A model generated the notes under the pieces. It was given only the letters and a program-made list of their open reading frames with translations, did not search any database and was not told the origin of the DNA. 64,000 nt of DNA from an uncultured virus (IMG/VR IMGVR_UViG_3300031687_001200) (taxonomy: Duplodnaviria > Heunggongvirae > Uroviricota > Caudoviricetes), in the IMG/VR virus record IMGVR_UViG_3300031687_001200; one strand, written 5' to 3'. How positions within the stretch are numbered: position 1 is the stretch's first letter; each line of letters opens with the position of its first letter. The position numbers and the translations under genes are program-made. Shown here one piece after another: positions 30,525-39,982 of the stretch.

Positions 30525-31862
30525 ATGTCATTTAAAACAGATACATTAGCAGTGAAAGGACCAAAGATAACAGGAACACCAAGCGATACAGCTCACAAGG
30601 CTATTGCTACTATTCCTGAATCCAAGCTCACAGATAAAGAAGTTGAAGATAGACTTATATCAACTCGTATTAACATGTTACTACAATGTCCGTTCTACGG
30701 AAACTTAGCATGTCGTTTAGAATTTAAAGACGCTAGTGAATGGTGTCCAACTGCCGCAACAGACGGCAAGTACTTCTACTACAATAAAGATTTTATATCA
30801 GCACTAACTATTCCAAACTTAGTTTTCCTTTGGGGACACGAAGTAGAGCATTGTGTTTACGATCACTTTGGTAGACGAGGTGACCGTAATCCAATGCTTT
30901 GGAACATTGCTAATGACTATGTAGTAAACATGGATTTAGTAGAAGGTAACATTGGTGAGAGAATTACACTAGTTGAGATACTGTTTGATTACAAGTATCG
31001 TAACTGGATGAGTGAAGAAGTATATGCTGACTTGTTCAAGCAAATGGAAGAAGACGGCAAAGATTTTGAAGATGGAACTACACTTGATGTTCACTTAGAT
31101 ATGGAAGATGGTGAAGACGAAGGTAGTGGTCCAGGTATGGAAGGTAACGTTAATGACGGAACCAAAGGTCCAGTAAGATATACAGAAGACGAAAAACGTA
31201 GTATTAAAGAAGCATTTAAGAATGCTACGGTACAGGCGGCACGTTCGGCTGGCGCTGGTAACTTACCTAGTGGCATTAAACGTCTTGTAGATGATCTAAT
31301 TAATCCACAACTTAGTTGGAAAGAGTTACTACCACAGCAAATCCAAAGTGTAATGAGAAGTGACTATAGTTACAATCAGTGTTCACGTAAAGGAATGGAC
31401 AGTGGCATTTGGTTGCCAGGCATGGACAGAGAAGAGACTATAGATATCGCAGTTGGTATTGACACATCAGGATCAATGAGCGATGAGATGCTTAGAGATA
31501 TCCTTAGCGAAACAAAAGGTGTTATGGATCAATACAGCGACTTCCGTATACACTTGTTCTGCTTTGATACTGAAGTACATAATCCACAAGTGTTCACTGA
31601 GCATAACATGGAAGAGTTTATGGAGTACGAGCCAGGCGGCGGTGGCGGTACTGACTTTGATTGTTGTTTCGATTGGTTCAAAGAAGAAGGCATAGTGCCT
31701 AAGAAGTTCGTAATGTTTACAGATGGTTACCCTTGGAACAGTTGGGGCGATGAGAACTACTGTGATACATTGTTTATTGTGCATGGCGGAGGCTATGGCG
31801 GGCAGACACCTGTTGCACCTTTCGGCATAACTGTACCTTACAATAGAGATGAAGTAGCATGA
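30525..31862 (+). CDS. DUF2201-like metallopeptidase plus vWA domain protein (MoxR partner)
   Basis: TAATDG, HEVEH (HExxH), WNIANDY, MIDAS DTSGS, GGGGTDF, FTDG. Confidence 0.88.
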   Translation: MSFKTDTLAVKGPKITGTPSDTAHKAIATIPESKLTDKEVEDRLISTRINMLLQCPFYGNLACRLEFKDASEWCPTAATDGKYFYYNKDFISALTIPNLVFLWGHEVEHCVYDHFGRRGDRNPMLWNIANDYVVNMDLVEGNIGERITLVEILFDYKYRNWMSEEVYADLFKQMEEDGKDFEDGTTLDVHLDMEDGEDEGSGPGMEGNVNDGTKGPVRYTEDEKRSIKEAFKNATVQAARSAGAGNLPSGIKRLVDDLINPQLSWKELLPQQIQSVMRSDYSYNQCSRKGMDSGIWLPGMDREETIDIAVGIDTSGSMSDEMLRDILSETKGVMDQYSDFRIHLFCFDTEVHNPQVFTEHNMEEFMEYEPGGGGGTDFDCCFDWFKEEGIVPKKFVMFTDGYPWNSWGDENYCDTLFIVHGGGYGGQTPVAPFGITVPYNRDEVA

Positions 31863-32161
31863 CATCAGTATATAAGTTTACAAAGTTCCATAGACTAACT
31901 CAAGACGAGTTTGTATTATTGAGAGGCACAGAGTTGGCAGAGAAGATGTTAACTAATAAATGGTTTACTGACTGCAAAGAAGTATTAGATTTATTAGATG
32001 CCCACGCCACCGGGACATGGTGTGCTGTACCTTATCAAGATGGTTACCTATTATACCTATCAAGTGTCGGAGACATCATACTAGCCAAGCAGTATGTGGA
32101 ACCAGGATCAGACCCTGCTCCAACAATACAAGGTATAAATATTGGGTATGAGCATTCCTAA
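31859..32161 (+). CDS. hypothetical protein
   Basis: ATGA overlap with the vWA gene. Confidence 0.6.
   Translation: MTSVYKFTKFHRLTQDEFVLLRGTELAEKMLTNKWFTDCKEVLDLLDAHATGTWCAVPYQDGYLLYLSSVGDIILAKQYVEPGSDPAPTIQGINIGYEHS
32134..32141 (+). promoter_or_regulatory. T4-late-like promoter (TATAAATA)
   Basis: Exact T4 late consensus, 6 nt before ATG 32148. Confidence 0.5.
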
Positions 32162-33215
32162 ACCAATATGGTCCTGCAACGAGTGGGACACCTTAAAAGA
32201 AATTATAATCGGAACGGCAATAGATGCCAACATACCTGATAATGATTTGAGCCACCATGCTACTAACTATGCTAACTTAACTCCAGAAGAGTATGCACAA
32301 CTGCCCAAGGGACGATACCCTGAGCATGTATACGAAGAGGCAGAAGAGGACTTAGATGCATTAGTTACTGTACTAGAACAAGCAGACGTTAAGGTTCACA
32401 GACCTGATACAAGCGTCATAGACTTCGCTAGTACTGTGAGCAATGGCTTATGGGAATCAACACAATACGAAGCATACTGTCCACGCGATAGTGTAACTGT
32501 TATAGGTGATACTATAATAGAAGGTGCTATGAGTTTACGAGCAAGGTACCATGAGACATTCTTGTTCAACAAACTATTCAAAGAGAAGAGTATGCAAGGT
32601 GCTAGATGGCTTCCAATGCCTAAGCCCATGCTACAAGATGACTTGTATAAGTTACAGCCAGGCAGAGACCCAAGTGTAAATAACAACGAGCCTATCTTAG
32701 ATCCTGCTAACTTGATTAGATGTGGGTACGACATACTGTATTTGATATCTAATACAGGTAACGAGCAAGGTGCTAAATGGCTACAGAACACACTCGGAGA
32801 CGCATTTAAAGTTCATATGATGCACGATCTTTATAGCTGGGCTCATGTAGACAGTACTATTATGCCGTTACGTCCTGGGCTTGTAGTGTTAAATGCTAGT
32901 AGAGTAGACAAGGATAAAGTCCCTGAGCTATTCAAAACATGGGATAAGATCTGGTACACAGAAGAGATGTGTGTTGGACAGCCATGCTTAGAAGACTATG
33001 CTCCAGCAAGTGAATGGATAGGTATGAACACATTAAGCATTGATCCTAACACGGTTATCGTACCAAGCGAAGAAACGCACTTAATGAGTGCAATGGAGAA
33101 GCATGGGATAACTCCAGTTCCAGTACAGATGCGCCATATGAGGACATTAGCTGGTGGACCGCATTGTGTAAGCACTGATTTAGTGCGAGAAGGCACCCTA
33201 GAATCGTATAAATAA
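32148..33215 (+). CDS. amidinotransferase (glycine/inosamine-phosphate amidinotransferase family)
   Basis: NEWDTLKEIIIG, YCPRD, HVDSTIMPL, MNTLS, RTLAGGPHC with the catalytic Cys. Confidence 0.88.
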   Translation: MSIPKPIWSCNEWDTLKEIIIGTAIDANIPDNDLSHHATNYANLTPEEYAQLPKGRYPEHVYEEAEEDLDALVTVLEQADVKVHRPDTSVIDFASTVSNGLWESTQYEAYCPRDSVTVIGDTIIEGAMSLRARYHETFLFNKLFKEKSMQGARWLPMPKPMLQDDLYKLQPGRDPSVNNNEPILDPANLIRCGYDILYLISNTGNEQGAKWLQNTLGDAFKVHMMHDLYSWAHVDSTIMPLRPGLVVLNASRVDKDKVPELFKTWDKIWYTEEMCVGQPCLEDYAPASEWIGMNTLSIDPNTVIVPSEETHLMSAMEKHGITPVPVQMRHMRTLAGGPHCVSTDLVREGTLESYK

Positions 33216-33218
33216 CAC

Positions 33219-33247
33219 TTGACATCCACCATGGAATTTGCTATAAT
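33219..33247 (+). promoter_or_regulatory. sigma70-like early promoter
   Basis: TTGACA-17 nt-TATAAT with TGn extension. Confidence 0.8.
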
Positions 33248-33283
33248 AGTTATATAAAGTAAGAGGTTAAGGGGATATATACA

Positions 33284-34009
33284 GTGGGATTTTTAGTCGT
33301 AGGAGACATACATAACGAGATCGAGCAGATGACAGCAGTCGTCGATTTTGCTACGAGTAAGGACTTGGACTTGATATTTGTTGGCGATTTAGTTGACTAT
33401 GGTTCTAACCCAGCTGAAGTTATCAAACTTGCTAACTCATTACCCAACGCACAATTCATAGAAGGCAATCACGATAACAAAATACATAGGTACACTAAAG
33501 GTAACGATGTAGTTATTGGTGAGAACCAGCAAGGTACGGTTGATGCATTAGAAGACCCTGAAGTATTAACTGCCTGGACTGAATTGTATAACAAAATGAC
33601 TTCTTTCGTTTCAATTGGAGACACTTTCATTACTCACGCAGGATTTAGTGGAGAGTTTTGGGAAGGTGTTGATAACAAGAAAGTTAGGAAGACATTTATG
33701 TTCGGTGAGATAGATAAGAACTTGCCATTCATAGAAAGATTCGGACAACTATACCCACACAGAAGCTACGGCTGGACTGGATCAATACCTAAAGGCAAAA
33801 CTGTTATAGTCGGACACGATAGAAGTCCATTTCAGGAAGAGCCTGCGTTTGATTCAAACATAAACAAAGTTGTAGTTAGTGAAAACGAGCAAGGTGGTAC
33901 TGTGATATTTACAGACACAGGTGCTGGTAAGGGTGGATTTGTTAGTGGAGTTGTCATAGACGATAGCGGAGTTGTACAAGACTTCGTATCATTTGAAGAT
34001 GAAGCTTGA
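33284..34009 (+). CDS. calcineurin-like metallophosphoesterase
   Basis: GDIH, GDLVDYG, GNHD, HAG, GH, DTG motifs. Confidence 0.88.
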   Translation: MGFLVVGDIHNEIEQMTAVVDFATSKDLDLIFVGDLVDYGSNPAEVIKLANSLPNAQFIEGNHDNKIHRYTKGNDVVIGENQQGTVDALEDPEVLTAWTELYNKMTSFVSIGDTFITHAGFSGEFWEGVDNKKVRKTFMFGEIDKNLPFIERFGQLYPHRSYGWTGSIPKGKTVIVGHDRSPFQEEPAFDSNINKVVVSENEQGGTVIFTDTGAGKGGFVSGVVIDDSGVVQDFVSFEDEA

Positions 34010-34208
34010 CCTACATGGCGTCCGTCATGCCGAAGCAGACCTTACGGTCGAAAACTTTATACTAGTAAATCAAACCAACGTACCATTAACAATAGTTTGT
34101 GGTAACAGTAACATAATGATAGACATTGTGAACAAAGTTATAGAGAGAATTGGGTGCGAACATACTGTAATGGACCGCTATGGTATCATTGTGGTAAGAA
34201 AGGTATAA
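33999..34208 (+). CDS. Smr domain-like small protein
   Basis: MKLDLHGV...IVCGNS matches the Smr LDLHG/IItG pattern. Confidence 0.6.
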   Translation: MKLDLHGVRHAEADLTVENFILVNQTNVPLTIVCGNSNIMIDIVNKVIERIGCEHTVMDRYGIIVVRKV

Positions 34209-34246
34209 AAACTAACCAATTAATCGTAATTAAATACTCACTTATC

Positions 34247-34254
34247 TATAAATA
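34247..34254 (+). promoter_or_regulatory. T4-late-like promoter
   Basis: TATAAATA in the intergenic region before 34299. Confidence 0.55.
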
Positions 34255-34298
34255 TTGCTGTACAAACATTATTACATACACAAATAGGAGCAGTAAAA

Positions 34299-34613
34299 AT
34301 GGCAAAAGCAGAAAGTAAGGTAGCTGAAGAAGTAGTTGAGCAAACAGCAACAGCTAACCCAGAAGTAAACGCAGGCGATGAAGCAGTAGTGGAAAGTATT
34401 TCACTAGTTGACTTAAACAGCTTGGCACAAATTATTGACCTCGCATCTACAAGAGGTGCATTCAGAGGCGGAGAATTAGAACCAGTCGGCGCATTGTTTA
34501 ATAAATTAACAAAATTCTTAGGATCAGTTAAAGATGCTCAAGATGCCGCACAACAGGAAACAGCAGACGGAACTGGCGCAGAAGCACCAGCAGAAGCACC
34601 TGCAGGAGAATAA
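34299..34613 (+). CDS. hypothetical phage protein
   Basis: IIDLASTRGAFRGGEL..VG core; AGGAG SD. Confidence 0.75.
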   Translation: MAKAESKVAEEVVEQTATANPEVNAGDEAVVESISLVDLNSLAQIIDLASTRGAFRGGELEPVGALFNKLTKFLGSVKDAQDAAQQETADGTGAEAPAEAPAGE

Positions 34614-34614
34614 C

Positions 34615-35232
34615 ATGGCAACAATGATGAAACACGTCGGAGTATACGGCGAGAAACCTTGCGTAGTAGTATTTAGAGCACTACCGGAAGAAACAGAATC
34701 AGCACTTATTTGTATAAGTGATGGTCTAGAAGGATCACTACATGATGACGTTATGTCTGTTGTAGATAGTCCTGAAGGTCAGAACTCAAATGAAATCAGT
34801 GAAGTATTCTTTAGACGTAGATTAAGCGATGGCGAGAACATGCTTGAAGCACTACATGGTAGAAAGAAATTGTTAAAAGTACCAGTCAATATGGTAAAGT
34901 TAACTCCACTACCTAACCAACAAGTTGAACTTGCTGAAATTAATAAGCAGTTAAGTAATATTACAGCAGGTAGTAACCCAGCGTTAAAAACAGAAGCGGC
35001 TATGAACCCAATTGCGGAATCGCAAGTGGCTAATGTAGATGCACCTGTTGAAGCAGACAATAGTCCTGAAGGGATTGCAAAAGGTTTAATTGCACAGTCA
35101 GAACTTATTGAAGCAGACGCGAATGCAATGTTGAGTGATGCTCAAGCCAAATTGGCACAGGCATACGAAATGGCACCAGAACTGAAGCCTAAAAGAGGCC
35201 CAGGTCGTCCGCCAAAAACTGATACAGTATAG
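34615..35232 (+). CDS. hypothetical protein with a C-terminal AT-hook-like motif
   Basis: AGGAG SD before ATG 34615; ends KPKRGPGRPPK. Confidence 0.7.
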   Translation: MATMMKHVGVYGEKPCVVVFRALPEETESALICISDGLEGSLHDDVMSVVDSPEGQNSNEISEVFFRRRLSDGENMLEALHGRKKLLKVPVNMVKLTPLPNQQVELAEINKQLSNITAGSNPALKTEAAMNPIAESQVANVDAPVEADNSPEGIAKGLIAQSELIEADANAMLSDAQAKLAQAYEMAPELKPKRGPGRPPKTDTV

Positions 35233-35273
35233 TACCAGTTCTAAAACATAACTGTAGGGTTAAAGGAGAAAGC

Positions 35274-35600
35274 GTGTCAGCTCACGACATTAAGATATTA
35301 TTGGTTGCGAAGCATAGTAAGAACAAGAAATTTGAGTCGTTACTCAAGGAAGTCTTTCCTACGGAGATACCTGTTGAAATGATTGATCAGGTAGTTTTAG
35401 AATTTATCGATGGAACACAGGCAAAGCTGGATCATACGGAACTCAAAGATCCATTACCGACTGCCCCTAACAAAACTTGGGCGACGATGATCCAGGCTTT
35501 TACTAATGTTAAACAGATTACTATTGTAGTCGATGTTAACAACGTAGAACAACTGACTAAAAAGAAAGTAGATGATGTACTAGGAAAACACTTTGACTAA
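35274..35600 (+). CDS. hypothetical protein
   Basis: GTG start with AAGGAG SD. Confidence 0.7.
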   Translation: MSAHDIKILLVAKHSKNKKFESLLKEVFPTEIPVEMIDQVVLEFIDGTQAKLDHTELKDPLPTAPNKTWATMIQAFTNVKQITIVVDVNNVEQLTKKKVDDVLGKHFD

Positions 35601-36291
35601 GATAGCAATCACAGGACATACTAGTGGAATAGGACAGGCAGTCCATGACATGTCTGACCTTACGTTAGATGGTGTTAATGATGTTAGAGGTTACTCTAAG
35701 AGTAACGGCTGGAACATTGCTACCAATGACGGTGATGATATCATAGCAGAGTTAATTAAGTTTGATCCTGATGTGTTTATAAACAATGCATACTATCCTG
35801 GTGTACAAACTAAAATACTGACCACACTATTCGAAGAGTGGAAAGGCAAACCAAAAACAATTATTAATATAGGTTCTATTGCAGGGTACCAACCCAATGT
35901 AAATGTAGAGCCACAATGGAGTACTTACGGAGACGATAAGTTTGAACAAGCTCAGTTCATTATCGTTAACAGTTTCAGAGATGGAATTGAACACCAAATA
36001 CGAATGTTCAACATCAGCTTTAGTTTCGTTAACTCTCCCTTACTGACCAGATCAGTAGGCATGGGACTTAATCCAGACCGTATGATAGACACAATGGATG
36101 CCGCTGAAATGATCATGGATTGCATGGAAGACAACGGTAAAGGCTATGATATAGTAGAGCAAGTAGTCCAATGTAAAGTAATAACAAGCGAAGAATTAGT
36201 ACAAAACTTCATGACCGGTAGCAGAAACATGGCAAAACATGTAATCCGAAGCGACCGAGCTATTAAAAAAGCACTCAAATCAAGCACTTAG
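35593..36291 (+). CDS. short-chain dehydrogenase/reductase-like protein
   Basis: ITGHTSGIG, DVFINNA, IINIGS, YGDDK (YxxxK). Confidence 0.8.
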   Translation: MTKIAITGHTSGIGQAVHDMSDLTLDGVNDVRGYSKSNGWNIATNDGDDIIAELIKFDPDVFINNAYYPGVQTKILTTLFEEWKGKPKTIINIGSIAGYQPNVNVEPQWSTYGDDKFEQAQFIIVNSFRDGIEHQIRMFNISFSFVNSPLLTRSVGMGLNPDRMIDTMDAAEMIMDCMEDNGKGYDIVEQVVQCKVITSEELVQNFMTGSRNMAKHVIRSDRAIKKALKSST

Positions 36292-36327
36292 CACCCTAAA
36301 ATATACCAAAAAAACTGGTAAAAAAGG

Positions 36328-36356
36328 TTGACTCTGCCCCCGAAACCTAGTATAAT
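36328..36356 (+). promoter_or_regulatory. sigma70-like early promoter
   Basis: TTGACT-17 nt-TATAAT with an A-tract upstream. Confidence 0.8.
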
Positions 36357-36387
36357 AGTTGTATATTAAGCAATAAGGGAAAGCAAT

Positions 36388-36858
36388 ATGTACAACATTT
36401 ACCAAATCAAACTAAGCGAAGAAGTATACAACTTTGTTAACGGTCCAGAAGGCGGACACACAAAGACTTCTGAAAAGTACCCAGAGTACAATGCTCATAT
36501 GGAAGTAATGCATAAAGGTTCAGAAGGATTTACTACTGATATGTTTGAGCATTACACTAAGGTATGTGAAGTTGCTAACTTTGAAGGTCCAGTTAATAGC
36601 GAATTAGAAGAAGTATTCAAAATCCTAAATGGTTACTACTACAACGAAGACACTGACACAGACGAAACGTTTGATGCTTTTGTTAGTGGTTTTACTATGA
36701 AGACAGTTACTCGTAAGAGCGGTGAGGTTGTAACTTTTAGAGACATGCATTCACTAAGTGTTGGCGACATTGTTGAAGACACTTCAACTGGTGAGTTCAG
36801 CATTGTAGATGGTATGGGCTTTGCACAAATTCAAACTAAATCATTAGAGGTAGCATAA
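36388..36858 (+). CDS. YodL-like domain protein
   Basis: IYQI...LEEVFKILN...HSLSVGDIV...VDGMGF pattern. Confidence 0.6.
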   Translation: MYNIYQIKLSEEVYNFVNGPEGGHTKTSEKYPEYNAHMEVMHKGSEGFTTDMFEHYTKVCEVANFEGPVNSELEEVFKILNGYYYNEDTDTDETFDAFVSGFTMKTVTRKSGEVVTFRDMHSLSVGDIVEDTSTGEFSIVDGMGFAQIQTKSLEVA

Positions 36859-37181
36859 TGTTAACTACAGAAATTCATAACGAAGCGGTAGCGAATGCTC
36901 AATTGGCAACTCAGCAGTACATTTTAATTCACGGAGAACATCCTATGAATTGTGGATTTGCTTGGGTTGATGCAAGAGTTAAAGGCAATACTAAAATTGG
37001 TAAGAGTTTTATTGCTCAAGGCTTTGATAAAAGTTACAACGGTGGTTACAGTCTTTGGAACCCATCGGGTAATTACACTCAGGACATGAGTGCTAAGGAG
37101 TGTGGTGTCAATGCGTATGTGGCTACTGTTATAAAGTATCTTCCAGATACTCCAATTTATTCAGGATCGAGGTTAGACTAA
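36858..37181 (+). CDS. hypothetical phage protein
   Basis: CGFAWV...Q....KE...AY...SRLD; GAGG SD. Confidence 0.7.
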   Translation: MLTTEIHNEAVANAQLATQQYILIHGEHPMNCGFAWVDARVKGNTKIGKSFIAQGFDKSYNGGYSLWNPSGNYTQDMSAKECGVNAYVATVIKYLPDTPIYSGSRLD

Positions 37182-37384
37182 TGGTTATTTTTGTAGGTGA
37201 TTACATTAGATTGCACGGAGCAAATGATTATTATCGTGTGGTAAAGGTAGTTGATAATTATTCTGTGAAGTTGGATAACGGATTTACCGTTGAAGCCAGC
37301 GACAAGTATATAGCAACTGTTCAAAGCGAATTAGAATTTTTAGAAGAGGGTGGAATTATTCCAGAGGTAGTAGATGGGAACTAA
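37181..37384 (+). CDS. small hypothetical protein
   Basis: ATG coupled to the upstream stop, GAGG SD; MVIFVGDYIRL... Confidence 0.55.
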   Translation: MVIFVGDYIRLHGANDYYRVVKVVDNYSVKLDNGFTVEASDKYIATVQSELEFLEEGGIIPEVVDGN

Positions 37385-38000
37385 GTATATTATAACAGAC
37401 ATCGATGGCGTTGTCTTAGATTGGGAAGAAGGCTTCAGCATTTGGATGGAGCATCATGGACACGAGAAAGTAGAAGGAGCTCAGTTCATTTACAGCATTG
37501 GAGACAGGTACGGCATGAGCAGAAATGCTGGACATAAACTTATTAAGCAATTTAATGAGAGTGCCGCAATAGGCTTTTTGCCTCCATTAAGAGATGCCCA
37601 ATGGTATATTAATTTACTCCATGAGAAACATCGTTACAAGTTTATTGCTTTAACAAGCCTGAGCCTAGATCCTTATGCGAAATACCTAAGGGAAAGAAAC
37701 CTCAAGAAGTTAATGGGCGATGCATTTGAAAGAGTTATTTGTTTAGACACTGGTGCTGATAAAGATGATGCATTGACAGAGTTGGCAGGATATGCCAAGT
37801 ACAAAGACTGCTATTGGATTGAAGACAAGCCACTGAATGCAGATGCTGGTACTAAAGTAGGCTTTAAATCTATTTTAATGGAACATGGTCATAACATGGA
37901 TAGCGAAGTATTGAATGCTATCGTTGTTAAAAATTGGGAACATATTTACAATATCCTAATTAACGAGACTCAAAACAAACCTATTCAATATATTAGATAA
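37374..38000 (+). CDS. HAD-family 5'(3')-deoxyribonucleotidase-like protein (T4 30.2-like)
   Basis: IITDIDGVVLDW, LTS, WIEDKPLN. Confidence 0.8.
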   Translation: MGTKYIITDIDGVVLDWEEGFSIWMEHHGHEKVEGAQFIYSIGDRYGMSRNAGHKLIKQFNESAAIGFLPPLRDAQWYINLLHEKHRYKFIALTSLSLDPYAKYLRERNLKKLMGDAFERVICLDTGADKDDALTELAGYAKYKDCYWIEDKPLNADAGTKVGFKSILMEHGHNMDSEVLNAIVVKNWEHIYNILINETQNKPIQYIR

Positions 38001-38010
38001 GGAAACTACT

Positions 38011-38718
38011 ATGCGATTATACACAGGAAAAGAAGTTATTGCTCATGCCGTTGCTGTTGACAGATACCAAGGGTATAAGTACATCAAATCGCATGAAGCA
38101 ACAGGCTCTATAAAACCCAACTTCAGCCTATTAATCCATTCGTTAAAGGACCCTAAGACTTCAGTAGTTGGTTCCGTTACGGACCAGGACTATGTTACAG
38201 CAGACTTAATCGTTGAATACTTCGAAGGATTAGTGTTTAAGGCTATGCAACGTGAACTGAGTGAGTATGAGAAGAAGATTACTGATCTTATTAAAGCAGT
38301 TGACATCAATCTACGAGGTAGAGATGATAGGCTTCCTATTGTTGGATCGTTACCTAACGTGTATAGAAACAATACCAAGCATGATGTTTGGGCAGAGGAA
38401 GAACAAAGTTTGCGTAAGACATCTGAATATGAAGGTGAGATAAAGACCAGGTCAGAGTTCAGTGGTGTTGTTAAAATGTCACGTTTTATGAATCGAACTA
38501 ATAGTTTATTGGTTGCAGTACTCACAGACAAAGGTAACATAGTTAAGTTCTTTTATGACTTATACAGACGTTCACCTGAATTTGAGCCAAGGACTGCACT
38601 AGCAGAAGGCAACACTATAAACTTCGTAGGACATGTTAAAGGACATGACGTGTCTAAGTACTCTAAATGCAAAGAGACATTTATTAATAGAGTTAATGTT
38701 CATACAGATGATAAATAG
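38011..38718 (+). CDS. hypothetical phage protein (possible C-terminal OB-like fold)
   Basis: 235 aa; C-terminal GNIVKFF...GHVKGH...ETFINRV. Confidence 0.65.
   Translation: MRLYTGKEVIAHAVAVDRYQGYKYIKSHEATGSIKPNFSLLIHSLKDPKTSVVGSVTDQDYVTADLIVEYFEGLVFKAMQRELSEYEKKITDLIKAVDINLRGRDDRLPIVGSLPNVYRNNTKHDVWAEEEQSLRKTSEYEGEIKTRSEFSGVVKMSRFMNRTNSLLVAVLTDKGNIVKFFYDLYRRSPEFEPRTALAEGNTINFVGHVKGHDVSKYSKCKETFINRVNVHTDDK
38710..38717 (+). promoter_or_regulatory. T4-late-like promoter
   Basis: GATAAATA followed by a CTAGAAAC/GTTTCTAG hairpin (38734-38755) in the leader of 38789. Confidence 0.55.
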
Positions 38719-38788
38719 TATTATAACTTAGAACTAGAAACTTTAGGGTTTCTAGACTGTTAACAATAACAGATCGGAGTATAATATA

Positions 38789-39964
38789 ATGGCAGTCTTT
38801 ATGAATGCCAAAGGTACTACTAATACAAATTACCAAATAGGTAAGCGTGGTGGTAAAATCTTTGGTGGAGTAGCAACACCAGTTGCAAATGAAGTTAGTA
38901 CAGGCGATATTTGGCTAGATAAGTCAAACGAACTTACTAAGATAGCAACCAAAACTGGTGGTTCAGTTACATGGAACGAAATCCTTACTACAGATGTTGG
39001 TGACTTAACGGTCTCCGGTAATCTAACAGTTGAAGGTACGACTACTACTATAGATTCTACTACGATAAATGTACAAGAGAGTTTAGTATTTGAAGGCAGT
39101 TCAGCTGACGACTATGAAACTACTCTAACAGCAACAAACCCAACAGCAGACAGAACTATTACTATGCCAAATGCAAGTGGTACATTACTACTTGGTGGTG
39201 CAGTAGCAGTTGATGACTTTGGCTCGGCGGCATACGTTACTCAAGGTGAAACTTGGAACAGTGACGACAGCGAATTTGCTACAACAGGTCGAATAGATCA
39301 AATGATTACTACTGAAATTGCTAATGCAAGTATTATGCATAGCAGTGGAGTTGAATCATTTGCTGGTCAAAAGACATTTACAACTGGTATCACAGTAACT
39401 GATGCAACTGTAACTGGACTTAAGAGTTCAAGTGTTACAGAAGAAACTAACTTGTATTACACTGACGCTAGGGTAGACACTAGAGTTGGTAACCTTAGCA
39501 CAGATAGTTTACCAGAAGGATCAGGTAAGTTATACTATACTAATCCAAGAGCAAGAGCGGCAATTAGTGTAACTGATAACTCAACTGCTGGCAACGAACT
39601 TTCATACAATAGTTCAACTGGTATTCTTGTTTGGCAAGGCTCTGCTTCAAGTACTACTAACGTAGACAAAGTTACAGCATTATCATTTGGAGCATTAACA
39701 GACTACGGACTGATAAGTGGTAGCACAACACTCACTAGCGATTGGGGTAATGTTGCAACAGCAAACGTTACATTTAGTGACTCAGGCTATCTACAAGTCA
39801 GCAGTGGCTTACCACAACTACCTAACTATGTAGTATCAAGTTTACCTAGCTCAGTAAGTGCAGGAGACCTTGCATTGTGTACTGACGAAACGGGTGGAGC
39901 TTCTGTTGTATTTAATGATGGAACTAATTGGCGTAGAATGTCTGACAGAGCTATTGCTAGTTAA
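38789..39964 (+). CDS. putative virion fibre/structural protein
   Basis: T/S-rich; GNLTVEGTTTT, ETTL...PTADRTITMPNASG, NLYYTDAR repeats, FNDGTNWRR C-terminus. Confidence 0.75.
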   Translation: MAVFMNAKGTTNTNYQIGKRGGKIFGGVATPVANEVSTGDIWLDKSNELTKIATKTGGSVTWNEILTTDVGDLTVSGNLTVEGTTTTIDSTTINVQESLVFEGSSADDYETTLTATNPTADRTITMPNASGTLLLGGAVAVDDFGSAAYVTQGETWNSDDSEFATTGRIDQMITTEIANASIMHSSGVESFAGQKTFTTGITVTDATVTGLKSSSVTEETNLYYTDARVDTRVGNLSTDSLPEGSGKLYYTNPRARAAISVTDNSTAGNELSYNSSTGILVWQGSASSTTNVDKVTALSFGALTDYGLISGSTTLTSDWGNVATANVTFSDSGYLQVSSGLPQLPNYVVSSLPSSVSAGDLALCTDETGGASVVFNDGTNWRRMSDRAIAS

Positions 39965-39982
39965 AACTCGTATTAACGGTAG

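Noticed and set aside
32148..33215. Amidinotransferase acting as archaeosine synthase for the deazaguanine pathway
   Set aside because: Wrong fold (pentein family, not ArcS/QueF-L/Gat-QueC), 13 kb from the locus, and no QueC to make preQ0 in the window
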